Shown one piece after another: positions 18,761 through 27,670 of a stretch of 64,000 nucleotides of DNA. The stretch's first letter is position 1, and each line of letters opens with the position of its first letter. A program made the position numbers and the translations under genes. Below the pieces are notes generated by a model. It worked only from the letters and a program-made list of their open reading frames with translations, was not told the DNA's origin and did not search any database. The stretch comes from a virus (taxonomy: Duplodnaviria; Heunggongvirae; Uroviricota; Caudoviricetes), in IMG/VR virus record IMGVR_UViG_3300042888_001115, positions 11,067 to 75,066 of that record. One strand, written 5' to 3'.

Positions 18761-18937
18761 TTTATAGTTTTACTCATTGTTTGTAATGCATCGTATAAGT
18801 TTAATAGCTTATCCAATTGCTCATTGCTTAGATTCGTCATTGCTTTACAATCTGATTCCAATGCTATACCCATTGTTAATACTACCATTTTCAATTGCTT
18901 CTTACTCATTGTAATTGTGATGTCGCTTCTTTTCATG
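18761..18937 (-). CDS. small hypothetical protein (58 aa, MKRSDITITMSKKQLK...)
   Basis: ATG ORF below the track cutoff filling an intergenic gap; weak similarity to the N-terminus of 18460..18750. Confidence 0.3.
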
Positions 18938-18941
18938 TTGA

Positions 18942-19271
18942 TTATTTATGTGTTGAATTTAATTTATAAGATTTTTGTTGTAAGAACTCAGTCTCTATTG
19001 TATGTGCTAATTTCTTACCCTTTACTACATCCAGTATCCATACATTGTAAACATCAGCACCATACTTACGCATGTCCTTATGTAATAACCAAGTACATTC
19101 ACCGGTCCTAGCTTTACTCATATGTTTTTGAAATCTACGATTAGCTGCATATCGGACCGACTTAGTATGATAAAATTGTGATAAACTAGTAACACCTATA
19201 TAACACGCACCGGTTATAGTGTTTTCTATTTCGTATATTAAGTGCTTGCTATCCTTTCTTGTCTTAACCAT
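18942..19271 (-). CDS. GIY-YIG nuclease
   Basis: LIYEIENTITGACYIGVT (GIY-x10-YIG), downstream Arg and Glu. Confidence 0.6.
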   Translation of the reverse strand: MVKTRKDSKHLIYEIENTITGACYIGVTSLSQFYHTKSVRYAANRRFQKHMSKARTGECTWLLHKDMRKYGADVYNVWILDVVKGKKLAHTIETEFLQQKSYKLNSTHK

Positions 19272-19273
19272 AT

Positions 19274-19378
19274 TACTTGCTTTTAATTGTTTGAATAATT
19301 GTTTTGATTAATACCGACCCGAATAAACAAAGTGCGGTGATAATGATAAACTCTAAAATTGAAATTGATTGACCCATA
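19274..19378 (-). CDS. small single-TM peptide (MGQSISILEFIIITALCLFGSVLIKTIIQTIKSK)
   Basis: 35-aa hydrophobic ORF whose TAA overlaps the ATG of the GIY-YIG gene. Confidence 0.3.
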
Positions 19379-19413
19379 GTTGATAAAAATTAATGATTAA
19401 AAAAATTGATTGA

Positions 19414-19818
19414 TTAAGCCCAGTACATTATAAGGATATTCTCGACCTGCTTATTACCTAATCCCATCGCCTTCAATTCACGTTTAACCGATGGTATAAA
19501 TTTCTTATCAATCTGCCCGTAGCTCATAGGGTAGTCAGAAATGATACGAGTAATTTGAGCAGACTCTTTTTTCAACATACTAAAAAACGCACACGCCTTT
19601 AAAATTTCGGGTTTGTTTCTACATACTACCTTATGCATACGACCCATAAAATCCTTAAACATTACTATTGAATTAGGTTTTACCGCGTTACTCATTTTAG
19701 TAGCAGAAAAATTAACATAAACAGGTCTCTCGTTACGAGCAGTACTATAAGCTTTGTCAGTAAATTCATTTGTCATTTTGTTATTCATATATGATTTTTT
19801 TATAATGTGAGGAGTCAA
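19414..19818 (-). CDS. hypothetical protein (track start is TTG inside the conserved leader; likely true start MNNKMT at 19788)
   Basis: N-terminal MTPHIIKKSYM is encoded by leader-repeat copy C. Confidence 0.45.
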   Translation of the reverse strand: MTPHIIKKSYMNNKMTNEFTDKAYSTARNERPVYVNFSATKMSNAVKPNSIVMFKDFMGRMHKVVCRNKPEILKACAFFSMLKKESAQITRIISDYPMSYGQIDKKFIPSVKRELKAMGLGNKQVENILIMYWA

Positions 19819-19930
19819 ACCTTCGACTCAATACATAAAGATAACACTATTTCGTGGACTTTTAACACGTTTTAGGTACTATTTTAAAAATTCTTTATTG
19901 ACTATCAACGAGTTACGTCACCAAAAATGT
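19811..19930 (-). repeat. 120-nt promoter/leader module, copy C
   Basis: Contains ATCAACGAGTTACG, the TTATCTTTATGTATTGAGTCGA block and a GACTCCTCACATTATAAAAAAATCATATATG leader. Confidence 0.55.
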
Positions 19931-20084
19931 GGGACCGGCATAAGTCATTGACGCTGAACCACTTACACAAGTCACTCAAAATCAATGACTTATGTATTTC
20001 ACCCCTTCATATTAGAAAAAATCTAAATATATTCGAATTTATTAGATAATTTTCATTTCAAAGCGGTGCTATTTTAAATAATAT

Positions 20085-20450
20085 CTAACGAAACAAATCT
20101 CGTTTACATTTCCATTTCAATTTATCCGCGAGTTCATTGGCTTGATTCTCTAATGGATTGTCCTGGTAATTATAAATTTCTGTATATTCGTAGTATTTCT
20201 TTGTACTTTGTTTGTAGTGTGCCCATTCATGTATAATAGTATGAATGATATCAATGACTGATTTGTGATTGCTTTTATATACACTAATTATATTATCTTC
20301 AAAATCATAATCGCCACAATCATTATCTGATGCAATCGTTGCCCACTCTAAGGCCGGCAATGTGTGTCTTCTATAATTCAGACCAGCATTACGTTTGCAC
20401 CAATTCATAACTCTTAGAGCATCCTTTCTTTTGAATTGTTTTATTGTCAT
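20085..20450 (-). CDS. HExxH zinc-metallopeptidase-like protein
   Basis: IIHEWAHYKQ motif, 121 aa. Confidence 0.4.
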   Translation of the reverse strand: MTIKQFKRKDALRVMNWCKRNAGLNYRRHTLPALEWATIASDNDCGDYDFEDNIISVYKSNHKSVIDIIHTIIHEWAHYKQSTKKYYEYTEIYNYQDNPLENQANELADKLKWKCKRDLFR

Positions 20451-20567
20451 TTCGGTCAGTTTTAAAATAAACGGGTTAGGTGGTCGCTATTTTGAAGGGG
20501 TAAATATAAAGGGAGTAACCAAGCAACCATTTTAGAATAGTATTTATTCTGTCCTAACCCGTTATAA

Positions 20568-20580
20568 CTAAGATACGATA
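20568..20580 (-). promoter_or_regulatory. promoter-like motif TATCGTATCTTAG
   Basis: Variant of the consensus inside the 480-nt noncoding region. Confidence 0.25.
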
Positions 20581-20931
20581 ATTTATTTAATCTACCAAAT
20601 TATATTGAATCTTTTTGTGTGGGGTATGTGTGTAAAAATAGTCTCTAAAAAATTTTGCGGTCCGACTGAATGGATGGATAAGGTCTAAATGCCGTTGTGA
20701 TACCGATTGATTACACTCACACCTCTTTGTAACCCTTATGTGTGTTGAATTGTGGGGGTAAGTGGGTATAAGTGGGAAATTATTGTACGATGGACCTTAT
20801 TATTGCTCTATTCGGTATCAATATACGAATTTAGGGATATGATACACTATTCCATTTGATTTGATACGGTCTAATTAATAATACTTTCATTAAATAAAAT
20901 CTAATTTAAGTTAGATTTTTGGGAATATTAT

Positions 20932-21126
20932 CTAATGATACGTCGGTAATACATAATGGATATCTAATTCGTTTAAGACACTTTGTATCATTGAATCACC
21001 TATTCCACTATTGGTTTTTGTCCTCTCTAAATAGTGGTCCACATACATTTGAGCCGTTACTACCTTACCATCCTTAGTGACTTCTATCTTAATGATACCA
21101 CTTTGATTTGTTATTTCGTTATTCAT
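20932..21126 (-). CDS. small hypothetical protein
   Basis: 64-aa ORF followed by a 9-bp hairpin at 20896-20920. Confidence 0.35.
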   Translation of the reverse strand: MNNEITNQSGIIKIEVTKDGKVVTAQMYVDHYLERTKTNSGIGDSMIQSVLNELDIHYVLPTYH

Positions 21127-21127
21127 A

Positions 21128-21610
21128 TTATTTATTTTTTAATGTACGGATATATTCTTTTGCTTCATCCTTAGAGTAATAAGAACCTTCTATATTCTTA
21201 TCTCTATATTGTGTTTGTGTTATTGAGATATTGATTGCCTCCATTGGATTACCATTATACCATTCTTTACTATGTGGACTATATGGGTAACCTAATTTAT
21301 ACCTACAATAATGTTTCATTCGTAATTCCTCTATTGCTATATCCTCTTTGGGTTGTAAGTATAACACATTCCATTCACCTACGGGCATTGAATGTTTATA
21401 AGTGTTTAATCGTTTAGTAAAATTTTCTTTGGATTCAACCATACCTACCTTAAACCATCCTTTCATTTCACTATTCTCTACTATATACAAATAACCATTG
21501 CCTCTATTGACTATGGTATTTCTATTCCTTATTCCTACATTGATATTCCTTACCTTATGTTTTATACGCCTATCCATTGTATCGTATATTGTTAATTGTG
21601 TTTTATTCAT
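21128..21610 (-). CDS. T5orf172/GIY-YIG-superfamily domain protein
   Basis: GYLYIVENSEMKGWFKVGMV...RLNTY resembles the T5orf172 core (GYIYIL...KIG.T...R). Confidence 0.5.
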   Translation of the reverse strand: MNKTQLTIYDTMDRRIKHKVRNINVGIRNRNTIVNRGNGYLYIVENSEMKGWFKVGMVESKENFTKRLNTYKHSMPVGEWNVLYLQPKEDIAIEELRMKHYCRYKLGYPYSPHSKEWYNGNPMEAINISITQTQYRDKNIEGSYYSKDEAKEYIRTLKNK

Positions 21611-21641
21611 ACTCTAAGTTAAGACTTTATTTCGATATTAC

Positions 21642-21962
21642 CTAATTATTCATTTGTAATATTAACTCTATATTGTGTATAAACATATCTTTCCAACGGA
21701 TTTGTGCAATGGTTAATTGTTTTCTACGTTGTGGCTCATTACTATTGTATAAGGTATAGTAGTTATATGATGTATTCGTTCCACCATTTACCTTATTCCT
21801 TTGTAGTATTAGTGATTCATCTACTATCCCTTTATTAGTAGAACGTATATGTATTTGATAATAGTCTTCGTATTCATATACACCTTCTATATTATACCCA
21901 TCAGTTGTAAGGCTTAATACCCTTTCACCTTTCAGTTTACTTCTATTATGTATTATTAGCAT
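21642..21962 (-). CDS. MLxIxN-family small protein
   Basis: N-terminal MLIIHNRSKLKGE. Confidence 0.45.
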   Translation of the reverse strand: MLIIHNRSKLKGERVLSLTTDGYNIEGVYEYEDYYQIHIRSTNKGIVDESLILQRNKVNGGTNTSYNYYTLYNSNEPQRRKQLTIAQIRWKDMFIHNIELILQMNN

Positions 21963-22064
21963 ATCCTTTACTTTATTAGTTTTATTATTTCTATATACAC
22001 TACTATCATTATTAGTGTTATTATCATTACGCTTATAGTTAGTGTTAGTAGTGACATAGTGTTC

Positions 22065-22298
22065 TTATACATTCCTTCCTTCTATACATAAACTACATAG
22101 ACCATCTGAATTTAATCTTATATGATGTTTAGTACAATAATCTATTTCTATACTATGTGTATTATATGTTGTATTATTATCTGAACTACCGCTATTATTT
22201 CCTTTGCCACTCTTTTCTCTTATCCAATTATACATCCAATCGTTTGTGTTATTCACATCAATTATTTTTATATCTTTTTGTGTGTATCTATAATTCAT
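22065..22298 (-). CDS. small Cys/His-containing protein
   Basis: CTKHH...CSLC possible Zn-binding. Confidence 0.35.
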   Translation of the reverse strand: MNYRYTQKDIKIIDVNNTNDWMYNWIREKSGKGNNSGSSDNNTTYNTHSIEIDYCTKHHIRLNSDGLCSLCIEGRNV

Positions 22299-22305
22299 AT
22301 CTTAT

Positions 22306-22461
22306 TTATTTTTTCCATTCACCACTCTTTAATAAGTTTGTTATATAATCCATACTTTGTAATGTAGTAAGGTATACGGGTGCATCATACGTTTTACCTT
22401 TGTATATTACATACGTCGGATGCCATACCATACTACCATTATCTAATTCTAATTTATTCAT
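22306..22461 (-). CDS. small hypothetical protein (51 aa, MNKLELDNGSMVWHPTYV...)
   Basis: ATG ORF not in the track, in the gap between neighbouring ORFs. Confidence 0.3.
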   Translation of the reverse strand: MNKLELDNGSMVWHPTYVIYKGKTYDAPVYLTTLQSMDYITNLLKSGEWKK

Positions 22462-22636
22462 ATTCACTTTCTATTAAATTATTCTTATGAATCCATTTAC
22501 TTAACTCTAAAATTAATTTAACACTCTTATCATCTAATCTTTTACTTTGATTGACTAACCTTTCAATGGATTCTTTACTCAATAGGATGTACTCGTCTAT
22601 ACCATCCATATTACTAACTCTATTTACTATATTCAT
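22454..22636 (-). CDS. small hypothetical protein
   Basis: 60-aa ORF. Confidence 0.35.
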   Translation of the reverse strand: MNIVNRVSNMDGIDEYILLSKESIERLVNQSKRLDDKSVKLILELSKWIHKNNLIESEYE

Positions 22637-22776
22637 ATTATCTACGTTTGATTTGTTTATTGATTATCTTATTAAGGTATATAGTTGATACCCTACTTGC
22701 CTTACCCCTTTGTCTTATACCCCATATTAAATTATTGATTAAGAATATACTCTTTATACTATGTGCTCTATTCATA

Positions 22777-23121
22777 TTAATTATCGTTTTCAATTATTGT
22801 TTTCAATTCCCATATCATACTATCCATCGTATAAATATTTTCTATTCTTATGATATATCGTCTCAATACTCCTATTCCAACTTCAATTAAGTTTATTACA
22901 TATTCATACTCACTTGCTTTGTCCGGCCTTTCCCTTTCAATCTTCATTGTCAATTCCTTACCTTGGTATTTGTATTTGAATGAGAATGGGTCTTCATGCC
23001 TTATAATCATTTCATATGCCGATTTGGTTTCCTTCATCCGCCATACCTTCCATGATTCGGTAAAAGAATGTGTTATAATACGTTCCCCTTTTAATTTATG
23101 ATAGTTTTGTATTGTTAGCAT
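22777..23121 (-). CDS. MLTIxN-family small protein (start trimmed to MLTIQNYHKLKGE)
   Basis: The track's N-terminal extension overlaps the upstream gene; the internal Met restores the family N-terminus and abuts the upstream stop. Confidence 0.45.
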   Translation of the reverse strand: MLTIQNYHKLKGERIITHSFTESWKVWRMKETKSAYEMIIRHEDPFSFKYKYQGKELTMKIERERPDKASEYEYVINLIEVGIGVLRRYIIRIENIYTMDSMIWELKTIIENDN

Positions 23122-23126
23122 AAGGT

Positions 23127-23405
23127 TTATATTATATTTGCCATAAAATGTGTCATAGTAAGTAGAAACTTTTGACAATCCATTACATCCTTTCTTTGTA
23201 CCCACATTTGTTGTCCCTCATACGTCATACAATAGTAATCCCTATGTGGATGGTGCCGTTGTGGTGGGTGTATACGGCTTAGAGTGACCTTATTTAGTGG
23301 GTATCCGTTATCAATCCAAAATACATATGCCCAATTCGTTGTCTCTACCGATATGGTTGCTTTCGTATATAATCTTATCCTATCTATATTATGTATTGTC
23401 AACAT
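23127..23405 (-). CDS. MLTIxN-family small protein
   Basis: MLTIHNIDRIRLY. Confidence 0.5.
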   Translation of the reverse strand: MLTIHNIDRIRLYTKATISVETTNWAYVFWIDNGYPLNKVTLSRIHPPQRHHPHRDYYCMTYEGQQMWVQRKDVMDCQKFLLTMTHFMANII

Positions 23406-23726
23406 TTATATTGTATTTAATATTTTCTCAATTTTATCCCTAAATTTATCCGGTGTACTTAAACTTTCTTTTGTATAGTGATACATCTGGCCGTCAACTT
23501 CAATTCCATAAAAACTACAATCCTTATTTTCAAGAGGATTAAAAACTATCGTTGCCGTTTTATGTAAGGTTATATTTTTTCTTACCAAATGTGGTGGTGC
23601 GACCTCTCTTATTGAGAAATGTGTAACCTCACTTGTAGTATTATCCCAACCTTTGAAATACCATCCTTTGCCTTTTACATTTAATGAATACCCATTTATT
23701 TTATGGATGTTTTTAAGTATTAGCAT
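23406..23726 (-). CDS. MLTIxN-family small protein
   Basis: MLILKNIHKINGY. Confidence 0.5.
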   Translation of the reverse strand: MLILKNIHKINGYSLNVKGKGWYFKGWDNTTSEVTHFSIREVAPPHLVRKNITLHKTATIVFNPLENKDCSFYGIEVDGQMYHYTKESLSTPDKFRDKIEKILNTI

Positions 23727-24030
23727 CTTCGTCTTTTTTTATATTTGCAATTATACAATTCATATAATAGATTAGCCCTACGGGTGATATATCAATAGGG
23801 CGTATTAGGACCTCATATAATTTACCATTACGATTTGTTTTCATTCTATACATGCCCATTACTTCATCCTTATTCCTATCAAATGTAACGTACCATTGTG
23901 TTGATTTGTAATGGCCTACATTAGTTAGTACAAATTGATATTCGGTAGGGGCTTCAATTGCTTCATACACTTCCCACTTATCCGTTATTTGTTTGCCGTT
24001 AATTTTTTCTATGTTTCTTATCTTTAGCAT
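23713..24030 (-). CDS. MLTIxN-family small protein
   Basis: MLKIRNIEKINGK. Confidence 0.5.
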   Translation of the reverse strand: MLKIRNIEKINGKQITDKWEVYEAIEAPTEYQFVLTNVGHYKSTQWYVTFDRNKDEVMGMYRMKTNRNGKLYEVLIRPIDISPVGLIYYMNCIIANIKKDEDANT

Positions 24031-24031
24031 A

Positions 24032-24337
24032 TTATTTCATTATCATTATCATTTCAACCGCTCTTATAAAAGTTTGTTTATTACTTATTTGTTCTACCTT
24101 TAATAACATACTATTAATAGGAGTAGCTTCATTCCATATTATATAACCCTTATCCGTTTTAAATCTATTCAATACAATTTTAATATCACTATACGTTTTA
24201 TTTATATGTCTCAAATGAATATGATATTGTTCGTTACCCTCTTGATTCCAACTCCATGTGTTAAGTACATAATAAACTCCCGTACCACCATCAATTCTTT
24301 GATTGATTAGTGTAAACATATTTTCTATTGTAAGCAT
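24032..24337 (-). CDS. MLTIxN-family small protein (start trimmed to MLTIENM)
   Basis: Family motif at the internal Met. Confidence 0.45.
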   Translation of the reverse strand: MLTIENMFTLINQRIDGGTGVYYVLNTWSWNQEGNEQYHIHLRHINKTYSDIKIVLNRFKTDKGYIIWNEATPINSMLLKVEQISNKQTFIRAVEMIMIMK

Positions 24338-24385
24338 TGTATATATAGTTTTTACTATCAAAAAATTTAGGTAACGACACTTTTT

Positions 24386-24404
24386 CCCCCAACCCCCGCC
24401 CGCG
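24386..24404 (-). repeat. G/C-rich island (gene-sense CGCGGGCGGGGGTTGGGGGG)
   Basis: Followed in gene-sense by GTCGTTACCTAAATTTTTTGATAGT, as in the copy at 26557. Confidence 0.4.
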
Positions 24405-24728
24405 TTATTTACTGAAATTATTTAATTGTCCGCCTAACATTCCCGGAAACATTTTAAAAGATAATAAACCTTTTGTTAGTGTTACATAATCACTGCTTTG
24501 GTCATTATACATTCGCCATTCGTTTAATGTACTACTAAATTCGTTGTATCTTAATAGTTTAAAGTTTACATACTTTGGATGCTTTACACCAAATGTAGTA
24601 CCATAATCAAATCTTACTTTAATACTATAATCATGCTTTCGTTCCTCTATACTCATTACTACCCAATGTGCGTGTGGTGTATGTATTTTATTTCCTTCTA
24701 TCTTTTGTATGTTATCTATTGTTAGCAT
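24405..24728 (-). CDS. MLTIxN-family small protein
   Basis: MLTIDNIQKIEGN. Confidence 0.5.
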   Translation of the reverse strand: MLTIDNIQKIEGNKIHTPHAHWVVMSIEERKHDYSIKVRFDYGTTFGVKHPKYVNFKLLRYNEFSSTLNEWRMYNDQSSDYVTLTKGLLSFKMFPGMLGGQLNNFSK

Positions 24729-24740
24729 ATCATTTTTGTT

Positions 24741-25055
24741 TTAACCTAATGCAACTAATCTTAACTTATCTAAAAACTTATCTATATTACGAATATCTAA
24801 TAGGTTTATATAAAGTACGTGTCCAGTACTACTATGTAATTTATAATCATAGTTACCATCACGTCCCACCTCATCCCTATCTAATGTGACCGTTATTGCC
24901 CATTTTCTATTAGTTAATTCAAATATGTATTTATGGTTTTTTGTAGTGAACATTGGTACATCCATATCAAATTTTTCCTCAACCCTTTCTACATAAAAGT
25001 TTTTCTTACCCAATGTTTTATGTTGTATCTTATTTATGTTTTGTATTCGTAGCAT
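24741..25055 (-). CDS. MLTIxN-family small protein
   Basis: MLRIQNINKIQHK. Confidence 0.5.
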   Translation of the reverse strand: MLRIQNINKIQHKTLGKKNFYVERVEEKFDMDVPMFTTKNHKYIFELTNRKWAITVTLDRDEVGRDGNYDYKLHSSTGHVLYINLLDIRNIDKFLDKLRLVALG

Positions 25056-25058
25056 TAC

Positions 25059-25310
25059 TTATCTTTTTAAGAACCATTTACCAAATTTGAATATCATTTT
25101 GAAAATACCAATTATTAACAGCATAGGTATTATCACAGGCCAAAATATAGAGAATGCAGTAAATGCTTGTTCGTTACTTTCCCAATCATCATACCATCCA
25201 CCCTCACTTGCATATTTATCATAATCAAATCCAATTTTCACTCCAAAGTATTTGAAAAATGTTAGTGTTAAGAAAAATCCTATTATGTATATTGTTATTA
25301 TTGTTATCAT
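25059..25310 (-). CDS. small two-TM membrane protein
   Basis: Two hydrophobic helices flanking an acidic loop, 83 aa. Confidence 0.45.
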   Translation of the reverse strand: MITIITIYIIGFFLTLTFFKYFGVKIGFDYDKYASEGGWYDDWESNEQAFTAFSIFWPVIIPMLLIIGIFKMIFKFGKWFLKR

Positions 25311-25311
25311 A

Positions 25312-25437
25312 TTATTTCTTAGATTTTGATGCTTTAATCAATTTTGATGCTTTAATCAATAGTATTGTTATCCATACTACTGCCGTCAATACACATGCTA
25401 TTTCTACTATCAATGATATCGTTGCTATTGTTTTCAT
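25312..25437 (-). CDS. small single-TM peptide with LIKASK x2 repeat
   Basis: 41-aa ORF; ATG overlaps the uvdE stop (ATGA); repeat encoded by a 17-nt tandem duplication at 25322-25355. Confidence 0.3.
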   Translation of the reverse strand: MKTIATISLIVEIACVLTAVVWITILLIKASKLIKASKSKK

Positions 25438-26306
25438 TTTATGAATTTTAATATTGCTAAATCTTTTTGTTTTGCTTCTACCATTATGTCCACTATGTTA
25501 CCATACGTTTCAGGTATCCTTTCAACAAAATCACTATGTGCCTGTGGCTTACTACCCATCTTACTTTCAGAATAGTGAACTGCCGGCGTTATACCTTTCG
25601 GCCATGTACTCATAGCTAATTCTAATGCATCTTGCTCACTTAAATTTCCGGTATTGAATGTATGATGATGGTAATCAAATACAATAGGTATCTTTATTGC
25701 ATTGTGAATATACATTAAGTCTTTAACTGAATACATACTCGCCTTATCGTCATTCTCAATTGTTAATCTACTCTTTACTGAATCAGATAGTAGTTTAAAA
25801 TTATCTATGAACCTATCCATCGCACTTTGCTTATCCCCATACACTCCGTTACAATGTATATTAATTTTATTGTAAGGTGTTTTACTTAATCCTAATGCAT
25901 CCATTAATCTACCATGTACTTCTAAATCATTTATTGTATTTTGTACTACCGCTTCTTTAGGCGATACTAATACATTGAACGGACCTGGATGAAATGATAA
26001 TCTTTGTCCATACTTTGTTGCTTTATCACCACATCTTTTTAGTATGATTGCAATTTCATTCCAATCTTTTAATTGTTCAAATTGATATTCAGTAGCCCAT
26101 GGCACCATATCGGAACTCATACGATACATTTTAATACCATTCTGCTCATTCCATTCTATAATCCGTTCTAAGTCCGCTACATTTTGTATAACACAATCCG
26201 ATACATAATCCAGTCCCTTTTCTAAAAAAGTTCTCTTAATCATTGTTCGGTTTGTAGTGACCTTTTTACCCAAACTCATATTAATACATGCATATCCTAA
26301 ATTCAT
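25434..26306 (-). CDS. uvdE: UV-damage endonuclease UvdE
   Basis: N-terminal NLGYACIN, IKMYRMSSDMVPWA (UvdE family R-h-S-S-D), about 290 aa TIM-barrel length. Confidence 0.8.
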   Translation of the reverse strand: MNLGYACINMSLGKKVTTNRTMIKRTFLEKGLDYVSDCVIQNVADLERIIEWNEQNGIKMYRMSSDMVPWATEYQFEQLKDWNEIAIILKRCGDKATKYGQRLSFHPGPFNVLVSPKEAVVQNTINDLEVHGRLMDALGLSKTPYNKINIHCNGVYGDKQSAMDRFIDNFKLLSDSVKSRLTIENDDKASMYSVKDLMYIHNAIKIPIVFDYHHHTFNTGNLSEQDALELAMSTWPKGITPAVHYSESKMGSKPQAHSDFVERIPETYGNIVDIMVEAKQKDLAILKFIK

Positions 26307-26476
26307 ACTTTCTTTGTTTTTCGTTTGAGTAATTCAGTTTCTATTTTAGATATTCTACCTTCCATAGAATGTATTTTAAATCTATGTATGAAATTACCTA
26401 ATATTGTTTTAGGTATTCTAGCTTGCTCTGCAATCAATGATGCTTTCATTGCTCTTAGAATTTTTCTTAGTGCCAT
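26303..26476 (-). CDS. small protein, possibly HTH (start trimmed to MALRKIL)
   Basis: The track's N-terminal 17 aa (..IFRIFKYK..) are encoded by the promoter motif; real ATG lies 12 nt after the motif. Confidence 0.35.
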   Translation of the reverse strand: MALRKILRAMKASLIAEQARIPKTILGNFIHRFKIHSMEGRISKIETELLKRKTKKV

Positions 26477-26496
26477 ACTATGAATTAGTTTATACT

Positions 26497-26509
26497 TAAA
26501 GATACGAAA
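26497..26509 (-). promoter_or_regulatory. promoter -7-like motif TTTCGTATCTTTAAGTATAAAC
   Basis: 12 nt upstream of the trimmed ATG. Confidence 0.4.
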
Positions 26510-26556
26510 TATATATGAAACTATCAAAAAAAAATTAGGTTAAACGACCTTCGCTC

Positions 26557-26577
26557 AACCCCCGCCCCTTCCCCGCT
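26557..26577 (-). repeat. G/C-rich island (gene-sense GCGGGGAAGGGGCGGGGGTTG)
   Basis: Second copy of the GGGGGTTG...GTCGTT.ACCTAA.TTTTTTGATAGT element. Confidence 0.4.
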
Positions 26578-27052
26578 ACAATTGTTTTAGGTAATTGTTA
26601 CGATACAATTCTTTAAAGTATTGCTCAACACAATATATAAATGCATTTGCATTATCCATATCCTTTGGATGTATTGCATATGAAGGCATTAATGTATTCA
26701 AATCTAATTCTAAATGTAGTGAGTAATAAGGTTGTCCATCTTGATTATATTCTCTTTGTTTATCTAATATTAATCTACAACGATGGTTATATTCATATGA
26801 GTATAACTGAATTTCATAGTAATACGGGATTGATTTACTTTTATCTAATGTCTCACATACATTTTTAATCACATAATCAGTACCGGTTAAATGCACATCC
26901 AATATTCTTTTTACATTTCTTATTTCTAGCATATTATTTTGTTTTATCATTCGGTCATCAAACACACTCATATCACATACATCGCACCAGTCAGTATCAT
27001 CATAGTTAATTGGATTGTTGCATCTAATACAATCATGTACATTCATATCCAT
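26576..27052 (-). CDS. Zn-ribbon N-domain fused to MLxIxN-family domain
   Basis: CIRCNNP...CDVCD, then internal MLEIRNVKRILDV. Confidence 0.45.
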   Translation of the reverse strand: MDMNVHDCIRCNNPINYDDTDWCDVCDMSVFDDRMIKQNNMLEIRNVKRILDVHLTGTDYVIKNVCETLDKSKSIPYYYEIQLYSYEYNHRCRLILDKQREYNQDGQPYYSLHLELDLNTLMPSYAIHPKDMDNANAFIYCVEQYFKELYRNNYLKQL

Positions 27053-27372
27053 TTCATTTTTGATATATCTTGAATAATTGCATTCATATCAGTTGCTACC
27101 CAATTCCAATTCTTTATTAATACCTTATCTATATAACGAGTTTCTGTTGTCCTATAAACGTAACTATTAATTATACCCCACATACCATACTTACCCTCAG
27201 GATTAGCTTCTCTTGCTAAATAGATAGAACACAATGGTATGCAATCCTTATCCCTTATTCTAAATTCATATACCAATTTTTTTTCCTCTACATCATATAT
27301 GGTGCAACGTTCAAACAGGAAAAAATCACTTTCTGTCATTGGGTTACCTATATAATTCTTTATTGTTAGCAT
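27043..27372 (-). CDS. MLTIxN-family small protein
   Basis: MLTIKNYIGNPMT. Confidence 0.5.
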   Translation of the reverse strand: MLTIKNYIGNPMTESDFFLFERCTIYDVEEKKLVYEFRIRDKDCIPLCSIYLAREANPEGKYGMWGIINSYVYRTTETRYIDKVLIKNWNWVATDMNAIIQDISKMKWI

Positions 27373-27373
27373 A

Positions 27374-27670
27374 CTATTTAATTATAAGTTCGGTAATTCG
27401 TTTTATCATTTTCCGCTTTGTATCGATTTTATTCTTTGCTAATAAACTTCGTTGAACATTACCCACACTATCCCAATACCATAATTCATATAATGCGGTT
27501 TCACCTCTACCAATTGGATTTCGTTCTAAGCTCATTTCAAATCCAATGTTATGATTATTAGCTACAACTATTCTATATTGTGTATCGGTTTCCTCAATAC
27601 TATGAATAAACACAGTCGTGTCTCTAATCTTTGTATTTACAATTTCAATATAATTCTTAATTGTTAGCAT
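27374..27670 (-). CDS. MLTIxN-family small protein (start trimmed to MLTIKNYIEIV)
   Basis: Family motif at the internal Met. Confidence 0.45.
   Translation of the reverse strand: MLTIKNYIEIVNTKIRDTTVFIHSIEETDTQYRIVVANNHNIGFEMSLERNPIGRGETALYELWYWDSVGNVQRSLLAKNKIDTKRKMIKRITELIIK

Noticed and set aside
25322-25355. Tandem 17-nt direct repeat (ttttgatgctttaatca x2) considered as CRISPR or VNTR
   Set aside because: Only two copies, no spacers, and it lies inside a small ORF where it encodes LIKASK-LIKASK. No CRISPR array is present anywhere in the window.
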